Made by a program: the position numbers and the translations under genes. Shown in pieces: positions 51,130 to 62,379 of a stretch of DNA of 64,000 bases. The stretch comes from a virus. Lineage: Duplodnaviria; Heunggongvirae; Uroviricota; Caudoviricetes. The DNA is taken from IMG/VR virus record IMGVR_UViG_3300025316_000590, positions 134 through 64,133 of that record, one strand, 5' to 3'. The notes beneath the pieces are model-generated. The model did not search any database. It saw nothing but the letters and a program-made list of their open reading frames with translations, and was not told the origin of the DNA. Within the stretch, counting starts at the first letter, position 1; every line of letters starts with the position of its first letter.

Positions 51130-51735
51130 ATGGACGCCGACTACACAATCGTAATCCCTACGTTCCGCAGCCGTGAAGACCTCCGAGACCTTCTCGATGA
51201 AATCACGGCTGCGGAACCATCTATTGGTGATCGCCTGATCGTGACGGGACGGCAGGGATCGCCCGCGTTCAACCGGAACGTTGGTCTGGACGCCGCCGCC
51301 ACACCCGTGGTCGTCATGGTTGATGACGACATTCATCGTTTCCCGCAGTTCTTCGCCCGCGACTTAGTTTCTACACTACGCTCGGATTCACAGCACGTTG
51401 TGGTAACTGCTAAGTTGCTGAATGCCAACGGCAAAATGTTCATGGGTGGATGCTTCCCCAATCGCGAGACGGGCATCGACCAATCGGCTGTTCGATGGGC
51501 TCCGTCAGCATGCATAGCCATTTACCGGGCTGCGGCACGATTCGACGAGACGTTCCCATGTTACGAGGACGTTGATTACTGCATGCAGTTGATCGGACTT
51601 AAACGCGACGCTAAGTTCGTGGTGAATAACGCGGTTCAGGTCTTGCATCTCAACGAGGAGAAGTGGCGGCATGATCTCAACTCGGTAATAGGTAAATGTC
51701 GATTCAAAGATAAGTGGGGACATGATATACCATGA
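51130..51735 (+). CDS. Glycosyltransferase family 2
   Basis: IVIPT, RNVG, VMVDDD, FDE.F..EDVDYC. Confidence 0.8.
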   Translation: MDADYTIVIPTFRSREDLRDLLDEITAAEPSIGDRLIVTGRQGSPAFNRNVGLDAAATPVVVMVDDDIHRFPQFFARDLVSTLRSDSQHVVVTAKLLNANGKMFMGGCFPNRETGIDQSAVRWAPSACIAIYRAAARFDETFPCYEDVDYCMQLIGLKRDAKFVVNNAVQVLHLNEEKWRHDLNSVIGKCRFKDKWGHDIP

Positions 51736-52364
51736 TAAATCACAACGTCGAAATTACTGTCATGGAGGTAAGGACATTTCTCAGCGGTATCGCCGCACCT
51801 CGTATTCTTGAGGTGGGTGCTCACGACGGCGAGTCGACTGAGAAGTTCTTTACTGAGATTGCGAACTGCTCCGTGGTGGCTTACGAGCCGGATCCGCGAC
51901 CCGCGGCCCGGTTTATTCAACGCGTAGGAAGCCATCCGCGGCTGGTGTTTCGGCAGGTAGCCGTGGGAGCGGAGGTTGGTTCGGTGAACTGGTACGCCAG
52001 CCACGGGAAAGTGCCTGGTCACGGGGATGACTGGGATTACTCCAGCTCAATCCGCCGGCCAACCGAGCACCTGAATCGTTCGCGGGAAATATCGTTTTCC
52101 GTTGATCAGTCTGTGCCGTGCGTGAGACTCGACGATGAGGGATTTGATGGTTTTGACTTTGCGTGGATAGACGCTCAGGGTGCTCAGCGTGACGTCATCA
52201 TGGGAGGTCGACGAACGTTGGACGCTACAACGTACATCTACATTGAACTTCACGATACGCCGCTTTACGATGGTGAACCGACGTTCGATGAGCTTCACGC
52301 ATTACTACACAATCACATGGCTGTTCATAAGTACGGAGAGAACGTACTGTTCAAAAAGGCGTAG
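51732..52364 (+). CDS. FkbM-family methyltransferase
   Basis: LEVGAHDG, YEPDP, SSI, WIDAQGA, YIE. Confidence 0.85.
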   Translation: MINHNVEITVMEVRTFLSGIAAPRILEVGAHDGESTEKFFTEIANCSVVAYEPDPRPAARFIQRVGSHPRLVFRQVAVGAEVGSVNWYASHGKVPGHGDDWDYSSSIRRPTEHLNRSREISFSVDQSVPCVRLDDEGFDGFDFAWIDAQGAQRDVIMGGRRTLDATTYIYIELHDTPLYDGEPTFDELHALLHNHMAVHKYGENVLFKKA

Positions 52365-52366
52365 TT

Positions 52367-53128
52367 GTGGACGTTGCAATCACAGGATCACGAGGGTTTA
52401 TTGGTGGACACCTGATGCGGTGTTTCCCATCGGCAACGCCTATTTATCACGACACACCGCTGAGCACGATCAATGCCGACGTCATAATCAACTGCGGGTG
52501 GCCGACGTCTTCGCAACTGTATCATGATGAACAGTATCAGGAGCAGGGCGTGCTGTTCTTACGTAACCTGCTGGCCTCGGTCAACTGTCGCAAGTTCATA
52601 GGTGTCGGCAGCCAGTCCGAGGTTTACCGCAGCGATACGGTTCATGCAAAGATACGGGAAAAGGCCCGCAGTGAGGCGAGTACCGAGTGTCGACGTCGCG
52701 GCATCGACTTCGCCTGGATGAGGGTGTTCAGCGTCTACGGGACGGGTGATACATCGGTTCGATTCATACCGTACATCATTGACGAGCTTCTTCACGGTCG
52801 CGTACCCGTACTATCGAACTGCGAATTGATGTGGGACTTTTTGCACGTAAGCGATGCCGCCTCGGCTTTCGTTAAAGTGGCGACGTGCGGAGCGACTGGT
52901 GTTTTTGACGTAGGAAGTGGCACGCCGGTTAGAATGCGGGATGTGGCCATTATGATTCGGGATATGATTGATCCCACATTACGTCTTGAATTTGGGCGGC
53001 GTCCCGTTAAGTCTTACGATTTGAAATCAACGCAAGCGGATACTCAGCGTCTGCGTGACCTGGGATGGAAACCCGAGATTGATATTCATTACGGGCTACG
53101 GATGTTGATTGAGGAGACGCGTAAATGA
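52367..53128 (+). CDS. NAD-dependent sugar epimerase/reductase
   Basis: ITGSRGFIG, GSQSEVY, RVFSVYG, WDFLHVSD. Confidence 0.85.
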   Translation: MDVAITGSRGFIGGHLMRCFPSATPIYHDTPLSTINADVIINCGWPTSSQLYHDEQYQEQGVLFLRNLLASVNCRKFIGVGSQSEVYRSDTVHAKIREKARSEASTECRRRGIDFAWMRVFSVYGTGDTSVRFIPYIIDELLHGRVPVLSNCELMWDFLHVSDAASAFVKVATCGATGVFDVGSGTPVRMRDVAIMIRDMIDPTLRLEFGRRPVKSYDLKSTQADTQRLRDLGWKPEIDIHYGLRMLIEETRK

Positions 53129-53904
53129 AGGTTGTAATTTTGTGTGGTGGTCGCGGCACGCGATTACAGGAAGAAACCGAGTTTCGTCCGAAGCCTATGG
53201 TGCCGATAGGCGATCATCCTATCCTATGGCACATCATGCGGTACTATGCTCACTACGGGCATACGGAATTCATCCTGTGCCTGGGATATAAGGGTGACTG
53301 CATCAAGGATTACTTCCGGAACTACCTCTGGAACACGTGCGACGTAACTATAAATCTGGAGACCAATACGCCCGTATTCCACAACCGCAGTAACGGGGCG
53401 AAGTGGACGGTTACCCTTGCTGAAACGGGCAAGGATTCCATGACAGGATATCGGGTAGTGCAGGCTCTGCCCTACGTCGCCCCCGACGAAACGTTCCTGA
53501 TGACCTACGGTGACGGGTTATCCAATATCGACATACCGAGCCTGATTGCGGATCATCATAAACACAGTCGTATCCTTACCCTGAGCGGTGTGCATTCTCA
53601 GGGACGATTTGGACTGCTGCACATCGACCCCAGCACGGGCCACGTCGATGGGTTCGCCGAGAAGGTTCAGGAGCCAGGATACATCAACGGTGGGTTCATG
53701 GTGTGCCATAACAAGATCGGCGACTATATACCGAACGATCCATCATCAGTTCTGGAGGTGGATACGATTAGCCGATTGGTCAGTGGCGGTCAGGTTCACG
53801 CATACACGCATGAGGGATGGTGGCATCCAATGGATACCGTACCCGATATGCAGCATTTGAACCGTCTATGGATGGAAGGACGTGCCCCGTGGAAGGTTTG
53901 GTAG
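53125..53904 (+). CDS. rfbF: Glucose-1-phosphate cytidylyltransferase
   Basis: CGGRGTRL.EET..PKPMV.IG, LGYKG, TYGDG, INGGF, MDT, APWKVW. Confidence 0.93.
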   Translation: MKVVILCGGRGTRLQEETEFRPKPMVPIGDHPILWHIMRYYAHYGHTEFILCLGYKGDCIKDYFRNYLWNTCDVTINLETNTPVFHNRSNGAKWTVTLAETGKDSMTGYRVVQALPYVAPDETFLMTYGDGLSNIDIPSLIADHHKHSRILTLSGVHSQGRFGLLHIDPSTGHVDGFAEKVQEPGYINGGFMVCHNKIGDYIPNDPSSVLEVDTISRLVSGGQVHAYTHEGWWHPMDTVPDMQHLNRLWMEGRAPWKVW

Positions 53905-54965
53905 ATACTAATTCAGGCTACGCGGGCAAGTCCGTTCTGGTTACAGGCAACACTGGATTTAAGGGATCGTGGTTGAGCGAGTGGCTCATGCACTTGCGGG
54001 CCGACGTGCATGGCTATGCACTCACACCGCCGACGAATCCATCGCTATTTGTCAGTCTTCGGCATGGTGATCGTCTTGTGTCACATCAGTTCGCTGATAT
54101 ACGCAACTGTGACAGCGTCCGAGACGCCGTGGTGCAAACGCAGCCTGACTTTATATTTCATCTGGCGGCTCAGCCTATTGTTCGCACCGGGTATCTGACG
54201 CCCGTCGAGACCTACGCAACCAACGTCATGGGTACGATTCATGTGCTGGAAGCTGCCCGCAGCCTGGAAAAGCCGTGTGTCGTTATCGTCGTCACTTCCG
54301 ATAAGTGCTACGAGAATCAGCACTGGCGTTATCCGTACAAGGAGGTCGACAGGCTGGGTGGCCGCGATCCGTACAGTTCCAGCAAGGCGATGTCCGAACT
54401 GGCGGTTAGTGCGTACCGCAGTTCTTTCCTTCACGGTAACGTGCGTGTTGCCAGCGTCAGGGCTGGTAACGTAATTGGCGGCGGCGATTGGGCCAAGGAC
54501 CGCATCGTACCCGACTGCGTGCGTGCCCTCGGTGAAGGAAAGCCGATCTTTGTCCGCAACCCCGAATTCACCAGGCCTTGGCAGCACGTTATGGACGCAT
54601 TATCCGGCTACATGATTCTGGCTATGCGTATTTATCAAGGCAGTACCGATCTCGCCGACGCCTTTAACTTTGGGCCAGACGATTCCAATCATACGGTGCG
54701 GGAATTGGTCGAGGAGATACTAAAGCATTGGCCTGGGAGGTGGGAACATCCTGCGGAAGTGTCAACGATGCATGAGGCTAAACTACTGAAACTGAGTATC
54801 GATAAGGCATGCACCATGCTTGGTTGGTGTCCTGTGTGGCGATTTGCCGACGCGGTCAGGAACACGGCCATCTGGTATCGTGAAGCTATTGCAGCACCGG
54901 ACAACATCCGCAGCTTGACGTTGCGGCAGATCGAGTCTTATGAAAGAAGCACCGTACTATCATGA
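53889..54965 (+). CDS. rfbG: CDP-glucose 4,6-dehydratase
   Basis: [48 protein letters not shown]. Confidence 0.93.
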   Translation: MEGLVDTNSGYAGKSVLVTGNTGFKGSWLSEWLMHLRADVHGYALTPPTNPSLFVSLRHGDRLVSHQFADIRNCDSVRDAVVQTQPDFIFHLAAQPIVRTGYLTPVETYATNVMGTIHVLEAARSLEKPCVVIVVTSDKCYENQHWRYPYKEVDRLGGRDPYSSSKAMSELAVSAYRSSFLHGNVRVASVRAGNVIGGGDWAKDRIVPDCVRALGEGKPIFVRNPEFTRPWQHVMDALSGYMILAMRIYQGSTDLADAFNFGPDDSNHTVRELVEEILKHWPGRWEHPAEVSTMHEAKLLKLSIDKACTMLGWCPVWRFADAVRNTAIWYREAIAAPDNIRSLTLRQIESYERSTVLS

Positions 54966-56266
54966 CCCGCGAAGCCATCCGCCGACAAATATTAGACCTC
55001 GTGCGGCAGTACCACGAAGCAGCCCCCGCACGTAAGTTCACGCCGGGTGTAGATGTGGTTCACTACTCCGGGCGAAATTTCGATGATCAGGAGCTGATGT
55101 ACCTTGTTGGATCATCTCTGGATTTCTGGCTCACCGCCGGAAGATACGCGAAGGAGTTTGAGAATAATCTCGCACAGTGGCTTGGTGCTGGTCACGTACT
55201 TCTTACCAACTCTGGATCATCGGCGAATCTTCTGGCGGTCTCAGCGTTGACGTCGCCGAAGTTGAAGGATCGCCGCATCCAGCCTGGTGATGAGGTGATC
55301 ACAGTGGCCACCGGTTTCCCAACGACGGTCAATCCCATCATCCAGAACCGGGCGGTTCCGGTTTTTGTAGATGTGGACTTGGGCACTTACGTTCCATCGG
55401 TTGATAGCATCGAAGCTGCGATAAGCCCGAGAACGCGTGCGGTTATGATGGCTCACACGATGGGCGTCCCGTTCGCCGCGGCGGAGATACGCGACTTGTG
55501 CGATAGCCGCGGGCTATGGCTCATCGAGGATAACTGCGATGCCCTTGGTAGCGTTTACGACTATCGGCAGACCGGCACATTCGGCGACTTGGCAACCATC
55601 AGCTTCTACCCAGCACATCATATTACTATGGGCGAGGGCGGAGCCGTGGTGACCGGCAACGAAGACCTTGCACGCATAGTGGCGAGCTTCCGCGACTGGG
55701 GGCGGGACTGTTTCTGCGTTGGAGGTCGAAGCGATACGTGCCGCCAGCGTTTCTCCCAGCAGTTTGGCAACCTGCCGTTCGGATACGATCATAAGTATGT
55801 CTACAGCCATATTGGCTACAATCTTAAGCTCACAGACTTACAGGCAGCAATTGGTGTCGCCCAACTGGGAAAACTCGACGCGTTTATTGCCGCCCGCAGG
55901 CGTAACCATAATATCATTCACCAATCGATACAGGAACTAGATCACCTGATACCGCACTCCGCCCCGCCGAAGTCGGATCCGTCGTGGTTCGGTTACGTCA
56001 TCACTGTGCGTCCTGATGCTCCGTTCACTAGGCGGGATATCGTTGCCGCCCTGGAGCAGGCCCGCATCGAAACACGCAGCCTGTTTTGTGGGAACCTGAT
56101 CCGACATCCGGCCTATGCGGACATTGACTACCGTGTCAGTGGTACGCTGGATAACTCGGATATCATTACCGAGAATACATTTTTTGTGGGAGTTCATCCA
56201 GGACTGACGGCGGAGATGATTTCACATGTTCTGTCGGTCATACACCAATTTGTGGCGGGGCGATAA
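54962..56266 (+). CDS. rfbH: CDP-4-keto-6-deoxyglucose 3-dehydrase (E1/DdhC)
   Basis: [43 protein letters not shown]. Confidence 0.93.
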   Translation: MTREAIRRQILDLVRQYHEAAPARKFTPGVDVVHYSGRNFDDQELMYLVGSSLDFWLTAGRYAKEFENNLAQWLGAGHVLLTNSGSSANLLAVSALTSPKLKDRRIQPGDEVITVATGFPTTVNPIIQNRAVPVFVDVDLGTYVPSVDSIEAAISPRTRAVMMAHTMGVPFAAAEIRDLCDSRGLWLIEDNCDALGSVYDYRQTGTFGDLATISFYPAHHITMGEGGAVVTGNEDLARIVASFRDWGRDCFCVGGRSDTCRQRFSQQFGNLPFGYDHKYVYSHIGYNLKLTDLQAAIGVAQLGKLDAFIAARRRNHNIIHQSIQELDHLIPHSAPPKSDPSWFGYVITVRPDAPFTRRDIVAALEQARIETRSLFCGNLIRHPAYADIDYRVSGTLDNSDIITENTFFVGVHPGLTAEMISHVLSVIHQFVAGR

Positions 56267-57180
56267 TGCGTATCCATACAGTACCCGACGAACTGCGGAG
56301 TCCCGGGCATAGGTATCCGTCGCACAATACCAGCAACGGGCTGGAGGGGCATTTCGATGAGTTTACTCATCAGCACGCCTCCGACCTGGATACCGACTGG
56401 ATATACCTGCCTGTGCGGTGGACTAATAACTACGTGAGGAGCCGTCAGGCCCGCAACGACTGCGACCTGGAGGCATGTCCACAGCACCAGTCCGTGCTGG
56501 ATAGTCTGTCACCGGGCGAACGATACTTCACCGTGGTGCAGTGCGACGACGGCATCTACGAGGATACCCCGAAAAACCTACTTGTGTTCGGGGCAGGCGG
56601 GGTTGGGGACATACCCGTACCTTTGATCTGCAGCCCGCACACGCGGGCACGTGGGGGCACACGACCCTGGTTTGCGTCGTTCATCGGTGAGGTGAACGCC
56701 TGTGGTCCGAAGAAGACCGATGGCAAAATGCGGAGGTCGGGGTCCGACCCGGACTCATCGGCCCGTCGTATACGTCAGGGCATAGCCTCGCGGTTCCTGC
56801 GAGAGCCGCAATGTTTGGTAGATTCCGTGTACAAGGGATCAGACTACTTTTGCCAAGAGATGATCAAGACCGTCTTCGCTCTATCACCACGTGGTTATGG
56901 TCGAACCAGCTTCCGGATGTATGAGGCGATAGAGCTTGGGTGTATTCCGGTCTACATCTACGATGAACCGTGGCTACCGTACACCGACGTGATCGACTGG
57001 CGTGAGTTCAGCGTTCTTTGTTCACAGGGTGATATCGATTCGTTACCGGAAAGGCTCAAGAGCATTTCAGATAGTTGGCGTCAGTCCGCTTTGTCTTTGG
57101 CGGATAGATTGTATGATGACTACTTCACGCTGGATGGAATGAGCCGACAAATCTTTCGTATGATTATGGAAAGGACTTAG
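56266..57180 (+). CDS. Exostosin (GT47)-like glycosyltransferase
   Basis: FALSPRGYG.TSFR.YEA..LG.IPV. Confidence 0.8.
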   Translation: MRIHTVPDELRSPGHRYPSHNTSNGLEGHFDEFTHQHASDLDTDWIYLPVRWTNNYVRSRQARNDCDLEACPQHQSVLDSLSPGERYFTVVQCDDGIYEDTPKNLLVFGAGGVGDIPVPLICSPHTRARGGTRPWFASFIGEVNACGPKKTDGKMRRSGSDPDSSARRIRQGIASRFLREPQCLVDSVYKGSDYFCQEMIKTVFALSPRGYGRTSFRMYEAIELGCIPVYIYDEPWLPYTDVIDWREFSVLCSQGDIDSLPERLKSISDSWRQSALSLADRLYDDYFTLDGMSRQIFRMIMERT

Positions 57181-57182
57181 TT

Positions 57183-57857
57183 ATGAACTTAAATCCCGAA
57201 CAGCTTGGACAGATCGGCGACCTTCTCCGCGGCCTGGGCAATCATATACAGCGGACGTATCCGCGAGTGGGCCGTGACGGTTCTCAGACCGAGGAGGACG
57301 AGATACTAGCCAAGCTGCTGCCCGAGCCGAATGGCTGTTACGTGGACATCGGAGCTGCTGATCCCGTGGATAACTCCAACACGTGGCAGTTTTACAAACG
57401 GGGATGGCGTGGTCTACTTGTCGAGCCCGTGCCGTCGTTTCACATCCGCATCCTTCGGCAGCGATGGCAGGATAAGCTCTGGCCTACAGCCGCCGGCGAC
57501 TATGCCGGTTATGCAAAAATGCGTATTTGCGGGCAGGTTAGCTCGCTGCGTAATGATTGGAACATGGAGGAGCGAACGGACGGGCTAGTTGAGGTGATGC
57601 CGACTCGCGAGATTCTGGCCACGTTTCCTGAGATTCGTGACAAGTGTGACTTATGTTCCGTCGACGTGGAAGGTTTCGAGAAGGCCGTACTGGATGGCAT
57701 TGACTGGAACCTGTTTCGCCCCAGGGTGCTGTGTGTTGAATACGTCGTTCACGGCGTATCTGGAGCCGACTCCTCGTCGGAATGGGAACCCATCCTGACT
57801 CGTAACGGCTACAACCGTGTGGCTCAAACGTGCTGTAACTACATTTACCGGAGATAG
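57183..57857 (+). CDS. FkbM-family methyltransferase
   Basis: YVDIGA.DP..SNT, GW.GLLVEP, SVDVEG.E. Confidence 0.85.
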   Translation: MNLNPEQLGQIGDLLRGLGNHIQRTYPRVGRDGSQTEEDEILAKLLPEPNGCYVDIGAADPVDNSNTWQFYKRGWRGLLVEPVPSFHIRILRQRWQDKLWPTAAGDYAGYAKMRICGQVSSLRNDWNMEERTDGLVEVMPTREILATFPEIRDKCDLCSVDVEGFEKAVLDGIDWNLFRPRVLCVEYVVHGVSGADSSSEWEPILTRNGYNRVAQTCCNYIYRR

Positions 57858-57859
57858 CC

Positions 57860-58693
57860 GTGAAGGTTAAATTCATTTGCGGTCGGATAGAGAACCCCTG
57901 GGCTCAGGAATGGTTCGATATGCACCATCCAAACATGGAGGAGTACTGCTCGCGGCACGGCTATACCTATGCCAAAGATCTGGACTGGCAGGCGAGTGCC
58001 GACCGGCTGGGTTATGTGGGAGCCCGTGCTGAAAATCGAGACTCACTACGTCCTGTGATCGGAAATCCTCCGCGGTGGGAAGTGCAGAATGTGGTGTGCC
58101 AGTTTAATAGTGCAGGTTGCGAGTTCTCAGGCAGAATTTCCGGATGCAAGCACCTGCTTCTAGAGCAGCTTACAGACTGTGACCTGTTGGTATGGCTTGG
58201 CGTGGATACCGTAGTCACGAACATGACAATCAAACTGGAAAACGTCATGCCGCCGCATGCCCACGTGGCCCTGCCCCTCGATGACTTTGGTTACGAGTGT
58301 GATTCCGTTATCGTCAGGAATTCGCCCGAGGGCATAGGCATCATCACGGACTGGATATCGTGGATGCTGAATGAATCCCATCCGGTGTGGATGAACTACG
58401 GATCGACGTGCATCCCATCCTGTGCCCCCGATAGGTGGATCGCACCGGACGCGGATCCGGGCGAGCACGGCGAATGGATGCGTTCACATCTATACCACGA
58501 CGACGCTGTACTGACTGCTGTTTGCGAACGATATCCCGAACAGGCAGCCCGCTTCCACGGGTTTGGCAAGAAGGAATTTTGTATTAAGCACATTCGTTGG
58601 GAGGCCGGCGACTACATTATGCACGTCCCAGGATCGCCCAATGATCACCGCACTTCGTATATGAAGATGGGGTTAGAAAATGTCGTGAGGTAA
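57860..58693 (+). CDS. GT34-like glycosyltransferase, divergent
   Basis: YC.RHGY, W...D.VVTN, GD.I.H.PG; DxD motif degenerate. Confidence 0.55.
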   Translation: MKVKFICGRIENPWAQEWFDMHHPNMEEYCSRHGYTYAKDLDWQASADRLGYVGARAENRDSLRPVIGNPPRWEVQNVVCQFNSAGCEFSGRISGCKHLLLEQLTDCDLLVWLGVDTVVTNMTIKLENVMPPHAHVALPLDDFGYECDSVIVRNSPEGIGIITDWISWMLNESHPVWMNYGSTCIPSCAPDRWIAPDADPGEHGEWMRSHLYHDDAVLTAVCERYPEQAARFHGFGKKEFCIKHIRWEAGDYIMHVPGSPNDHRTSYMKMGLENVVR

Positions 58694-58695
58694 GC

Positions 58696-60474
58696 ATGAG
58701 GCTTCGCGTTGCAGACTACATAACCGATCAGCTATACCGGGCCGGCGGCAGGAATGTGTTCATGGTCTCGGGCGGTATGATCATGCACCTTACCGATGCC
58801 CTGTTGCAGCACAAGCACCAGACATACACGTGCTGTCACCACGAGCAGGCCGCCGCGATGGCCGCCGAGGCTTACGGGCGGTTCACCGGCGAGTTGGGCG
58901 TAGCTTACGTCACTGCTGGCCCAGCCGCCCTGAACACGCTGACCGGCGTTGTGGGGGCTCTTGTTGATACATCGCCGTGCATTGTAGTGGCTGGCCAGTC
59001 CAAGGTATCGCAGGCCAAGCAGACCGGCCCGAGACAGTTCGCCCTGCAAGGATTTAACACGCTGCCGATCTTCCAGCAGGTGACCAAGTACGCGGTTATG
59101 CTTGATGATATCACCAGCGTTCGGTACAAGGTCGAGAAGGCCATATACATGGCTAAGTCGCCGAGGGTGGGGCCAGTTTGGATTGAAGTGCCTATTGATA
59201 TTCAGGCTGCGACGTTTGATCCAGATGAGCACGCGGGTTACACCCCTCGCATAAATACGGCGTCGCAGAGCTTTCCGGAAATGCTTCATCGTGCGGCGAA
59301 GAGCATCTGTCTGAGTAGCCGCCCGTGCATTTTGGCGGGAGCTGGTGTGCGGCTTTCAGGAGCTGTGGATCGGCTTCGGCAGTGCGCTGAGTCATGGGGC
59401 ATACCAGTTCTAACATCCCGTCTGGGCATGGATTTGATCGAACACGATCATCCGTTGTTTGTGGGCAGGCCGGGGACATACGGTGATCGGGCCGCGAACT
59501 TCACCATTCAAAACTGCGATCTGTTGCTGGTCATTGGCTGCCGTCTTGGAATAGGTCTGGTCGGCTACGACTTCAAGAACTTCGCCAGCGGTGCACAGAA
59601 AATTATGGTGGACGTGGATGCTCAGGAACTTATTAAGCCGTCCGTGATTCCTGATATCGCGGTACTGTCAGACGCTACTGAGTTCTTGATTAAGATGCGG
59701 GAAGAACTAGGTGATTACAAGCTGGATAACGATAACTGGTTGCGGCGAACCCAGCACTGGAAGCGAACCTATCCGGTGAACCTTCCAGAGTACGAACACG
59801 AGACTGACGGCGTTAATTCCTATCGATTCATATCAGAGCTTTCCCGAAGGTTGCCCGCCGATGCTGTGGGTGTGCTCGATACGGGGTCATGCTTCCACGT
59901 GTATTCTCAGGCATTTGAGGTGAAACGTGGCCAGCGACACATCATTACAGGCGGGCTATCAACGATGGGCTACTGGCCCGGATCGGTCGGCGTTGCCGCT
60001 GCGACCGGAAAGGAGGTTTACTGCATTACAGGCGACGGGTCGTTGCAGTTCAACTTGCAGGAATTGCAGACAATGGTTCACAACGGCTATCCCATCAAAA
60101 CCGTGGTGCTGAATAATGACGGCTACCTGCTCATACGCTTGACACAGCAGAACTTTCAGGACGGCAGACTGATCGGATCCAGTCGAGAGTCTGGCGTGAG
60201 TTGCCCCGATCTGAAGAAGATCGCGGCGGCCTACGGCATCAAGTTCATACGGATATCCAGCCTGGACGAGATGAACAACGGACTGAACGAATTGATATCG
60301 CACCAGGGTGCTATGATATGTGAGGTCATGACGCCGAAGAATCAGCTACTGATGCCTCGCGTTGCTTCACGCAAGCTCGAAGATGGTAGCATGGCGTCAG
60401 CACCCTACGACGATATGTTCCCGTTCCTGCCGCGAGATGAGTATCAACGGAACCTTAAGGATGCACGGCAATGA
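58696..60474 (+). CDS. ThDP-dependent acetolactate synthase-like enzyme (YerE-like branched-sugar carboligase)
   Basis: HHEQAAAMAAE, GPVWIEVP.D.Q, GDGSLQFNLQEL..NN; sugar operon context. Confidence 0.85.
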   Translation: MRLRVADYITDQLYRAGGRNVFMVSGGMIMHLTDALLQHKHQTYTCCHHEQAAAMAAEAYGRFTGELGVAYVTAGPAALNTLTGVVGALVDTSPCIVVAGQSKVSQAKQTGPRQFALQGFNTLPIFQQVTKYAVMLDDITSVRYKVEKAIYMAKSPRVGPVWIEVPIDIQAATFDPDEHAGYTPRINTASQSFPEMLHRAAKSICLSSRPCILAGAGVRLSGAVDRLRQCAESWGIPVLTSRLGMDLIEHDHPLFVGRPGTYGDRAANFTIQNCDLLLVIGCRLGIGLVGYDFKNFASGAQKIMVDVDAQELIKPSVIPDIAVLSDATEFLIKMREELGDYKLDNDNWLRRTQHWKRTYPVNLPEYEHETDGVNSYRFISELSRRLPADAVGVLDTGSCFHVYSQAFEVKRGQRHIITGGLSTMGYWPGSVGVAAATGKEVYCITGDGSLQFNLQELQTMVHNGYPIKTVVLNNDGYLLIRLTQQNFQDGRLIGSSRESGVSCPDLKKIAAAYGIKFIRISSLDEMNNGLNELISHQGAMICEVMTPKNQLLMPRVASRKLEDGSMASAPYDDMFPFLPRDEYQRNLKDARQ

Positions 60475-61376
60475 CTACTTCAGGGAAAATGAAGATCGCG
60501 ATTCTTGGCAGTGGTAACATCGGAACCGACCTGCTGATGAAGGTGCTGCGATCTCCGGTTCTGGAGTGCTCATTGTTCATTGGGCGAAGCCTATCGTCTC
60601 AGGGTATGGCGAAGGCTAACCGGGTTGGTGTGCCTATCAGCGATCAAAGCATTGAGGCCATCGTACAGAATCCGGATTGCTGCGATCTGGTGTTCGATGC
60701 CACGTCAGCTATGGATCATAAACGGCACTGGCCCGTTTTACAGAAGCTGGGCAAGCGGGTCATTGATATGACCCCGTCGAACCTGGGCATGAAGTGCGTA
60801 CCAACTGTTAATTTAGACGCGTGCCTAAACCAAAATCACATCAGCATGATTAGCTGTGGTGGCCAGACATCGATACCGCTGGCTTACGTGATCGGACAGA
60901 CCCAGCAGGACGTGTCGTATATCGAGGTTACATCAAGCATAGCCTCTCGTAGTGCTGGCCCGGCCACGCGTGTGAACCTCGATGAATACATCGAGACAAC
61001 CGAGGCCGCGGTCAGCGAGTTCTCGGGATGTGCTCGAACCAAGGTGATACTGAACCTTAACCCGGCCCAGCCGTGCATCGATGCCCAGACAACGATATCA
61101 GCAATGGTTAGGGAACCGGACTTACAGAAGTTACTACCCGCCGTCAACGCAATGATACAGCAAGTCCAGCAGTACGTTCCAAACTACAATCTGGTCGTAT
61201 CGCCGCGAGTTGAATCTAATCGCATTGTGATGATGGTGAAGGTTCTAGGTCTGGGTGACTATCTGCCTAAGTACGCGGGCAATCTTGATATAATCAACTG
61301 CGCCGCAGTCGCCGCGTGCGAGGCGTTCGCTCGACACTCTATGCTACGGAAGGGCTCGACCAATGGTCACAGTTAA
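60471..61376 (+). CDS. mhpF: Acetaldehyde dehydrogenase (acylating), DmpF/MhpF family
   Basis: ILGSGNIGTDL, FDATSA, SCGGQ, SAGP.TR.N.DE, YLP.YAGNLDI. Confidence 0.9.
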   Translation: MTTSGKMKIAILGSGNIGTDLLMKVLRSPVLECSLFIGRSLSSQGMAKANRVGVPISDQSIEAIVQNPDCCDLVFDATSAMDHKRHWPVLQKLGKRVIDMTPSNLGMKCVPTVNLDACLNQNHISMISCGGQTSIPLAYVIGQTQQDVSYIEVTSSIASRSAGPATRVNLDEYIETTEAAVSEFSGCARTKVILNLNPAQPCIDAQTTISAMVREPDLQKLLPAVNAMIQQVQQYVPNYNLVVSPRVESNRIVMMVKVLGLGDYLPKYAGNLDIINCAAVAACEAFARHSMLRKGSTNGHS

Positions 61377-62379
61377 AATCAGCGATCCAACATTACGCGA
61401 CGGCAGCCACGCGGTTGGCCATCAACTGACCTGTGCCCAGATCGCCCGCTACGCAGAAGCCGCTGAAATTGCTGGTGTTCCCATTGTCGAGGTCGGGCAC
61501 GGTAACGGCATTGGTGCATCTTCCCTACAGGTTGGGTTAAGCCGAGAAGATGACGCCACCATGATTAGAACGGCCCGCGAGAAGCTCTGGCGTTCGCGGT
61601 TGGGTATTCACTGTATTCCGGGGTTCGCCACGATCAACAAAGATCTGCGGCAGGCGGTTGATCTGGGAGTGGACGTGGTTCGTGTGGCCAGCCACTGTAC
61701 CGAAGCCGATATCACGCAGCGGCACATCGAATTTGTCCGAGATCAGGGCAAGGAGGCTATCGGTGTGTTGATGATGAGCCACATGGCTCCCATCGACGAG
61801 CTTCTGGAGCAGGCGGCCAAGATGGAATCATACGGAGCTGAAGCCATAATTCTTATGGACTCAGCCGGGGCGATGCTTCCGCCAGACGTCACCAATCGGG
61901 TAGGAACCCTGGTGCGAGGTCTCAGTATTCCCGTGGGTTTTCACGCCCACAATAATCTAGGCATGGCTATCGCTAACTCGATCACCGCCGTGCAGGCCGG
62001 GGCTACAATCATCGACGGTACGGCCCGTGGATTTGGGCCTGGTGCTGGTAATGCTCAACTAGAGGTGCTGGTTGCGGTAATGGAGAAGATGGGCGTATCG
62101 ACGGGCATCAGTTTGTACGGTATTCTTGACCTGAGCGACTTGGCGGAAAGAGAGATCATCCCATCGGTTCCGATCATTAATTCGATCAGCATCGTTAGTG
62201 GTATGGCCGGTGTGTTCTCGGCATTTGGCAAGCACGTCGACCGCATTTCCAAGCAGTACCATGTTGATCCACGCGACGTATTTTTTGAACTTGGTCGCCG
62301 CCGTATTGTGGCGGGCCAGGAAGATATAATCCTAGAGGCCGCACAGCAACTAGCACAAATGAAGGGCACACCAGCATGA
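61363..62379 (+). CDS. dmpG: 4-hydroxy-2-oxovalerate aldolase, DmpG/MhpE family
   Basis: D.TLRDG.H, EVGHG.G.G, A.HCTEAD, DSAG, HAHNNLG. Confidence 0.9.
   Translation: MVTVKISDPTLRDGSHAVGHQLTCAQIARYAEAAEIAGVPIVEVGHGNGIGASSLQVGLSREDDATMIRTAREKLWRSRLGIHCIPGFATINKDLRQAVDLGVDVVRVASHCTEADITQRHIEFVRDQGKEAIGVLMMSHMAPIDELLEQAAKMESYGAEAIILMDSAGAMLPPDVTNRVGTLVRGLSIPVGFHAHNNLGMAIANSITAVQAGATIIDGTARGFGPGAGNAQLEVLVAVMEKMGVSTGISLYGILDLSDLAEREIIPSVPIINSISIVSGMAGVFSAFGKHVDRISKQYHVDPRDVFFELGRRRIVAGQEDIILEAAQQLAQMKGTPA

Noticed and set aside
60471-62379. Aromatic meta-cleavage pathway
   Set aside because: No dioxygenase or hydratase genes; the pair is embedded in a sugar operon
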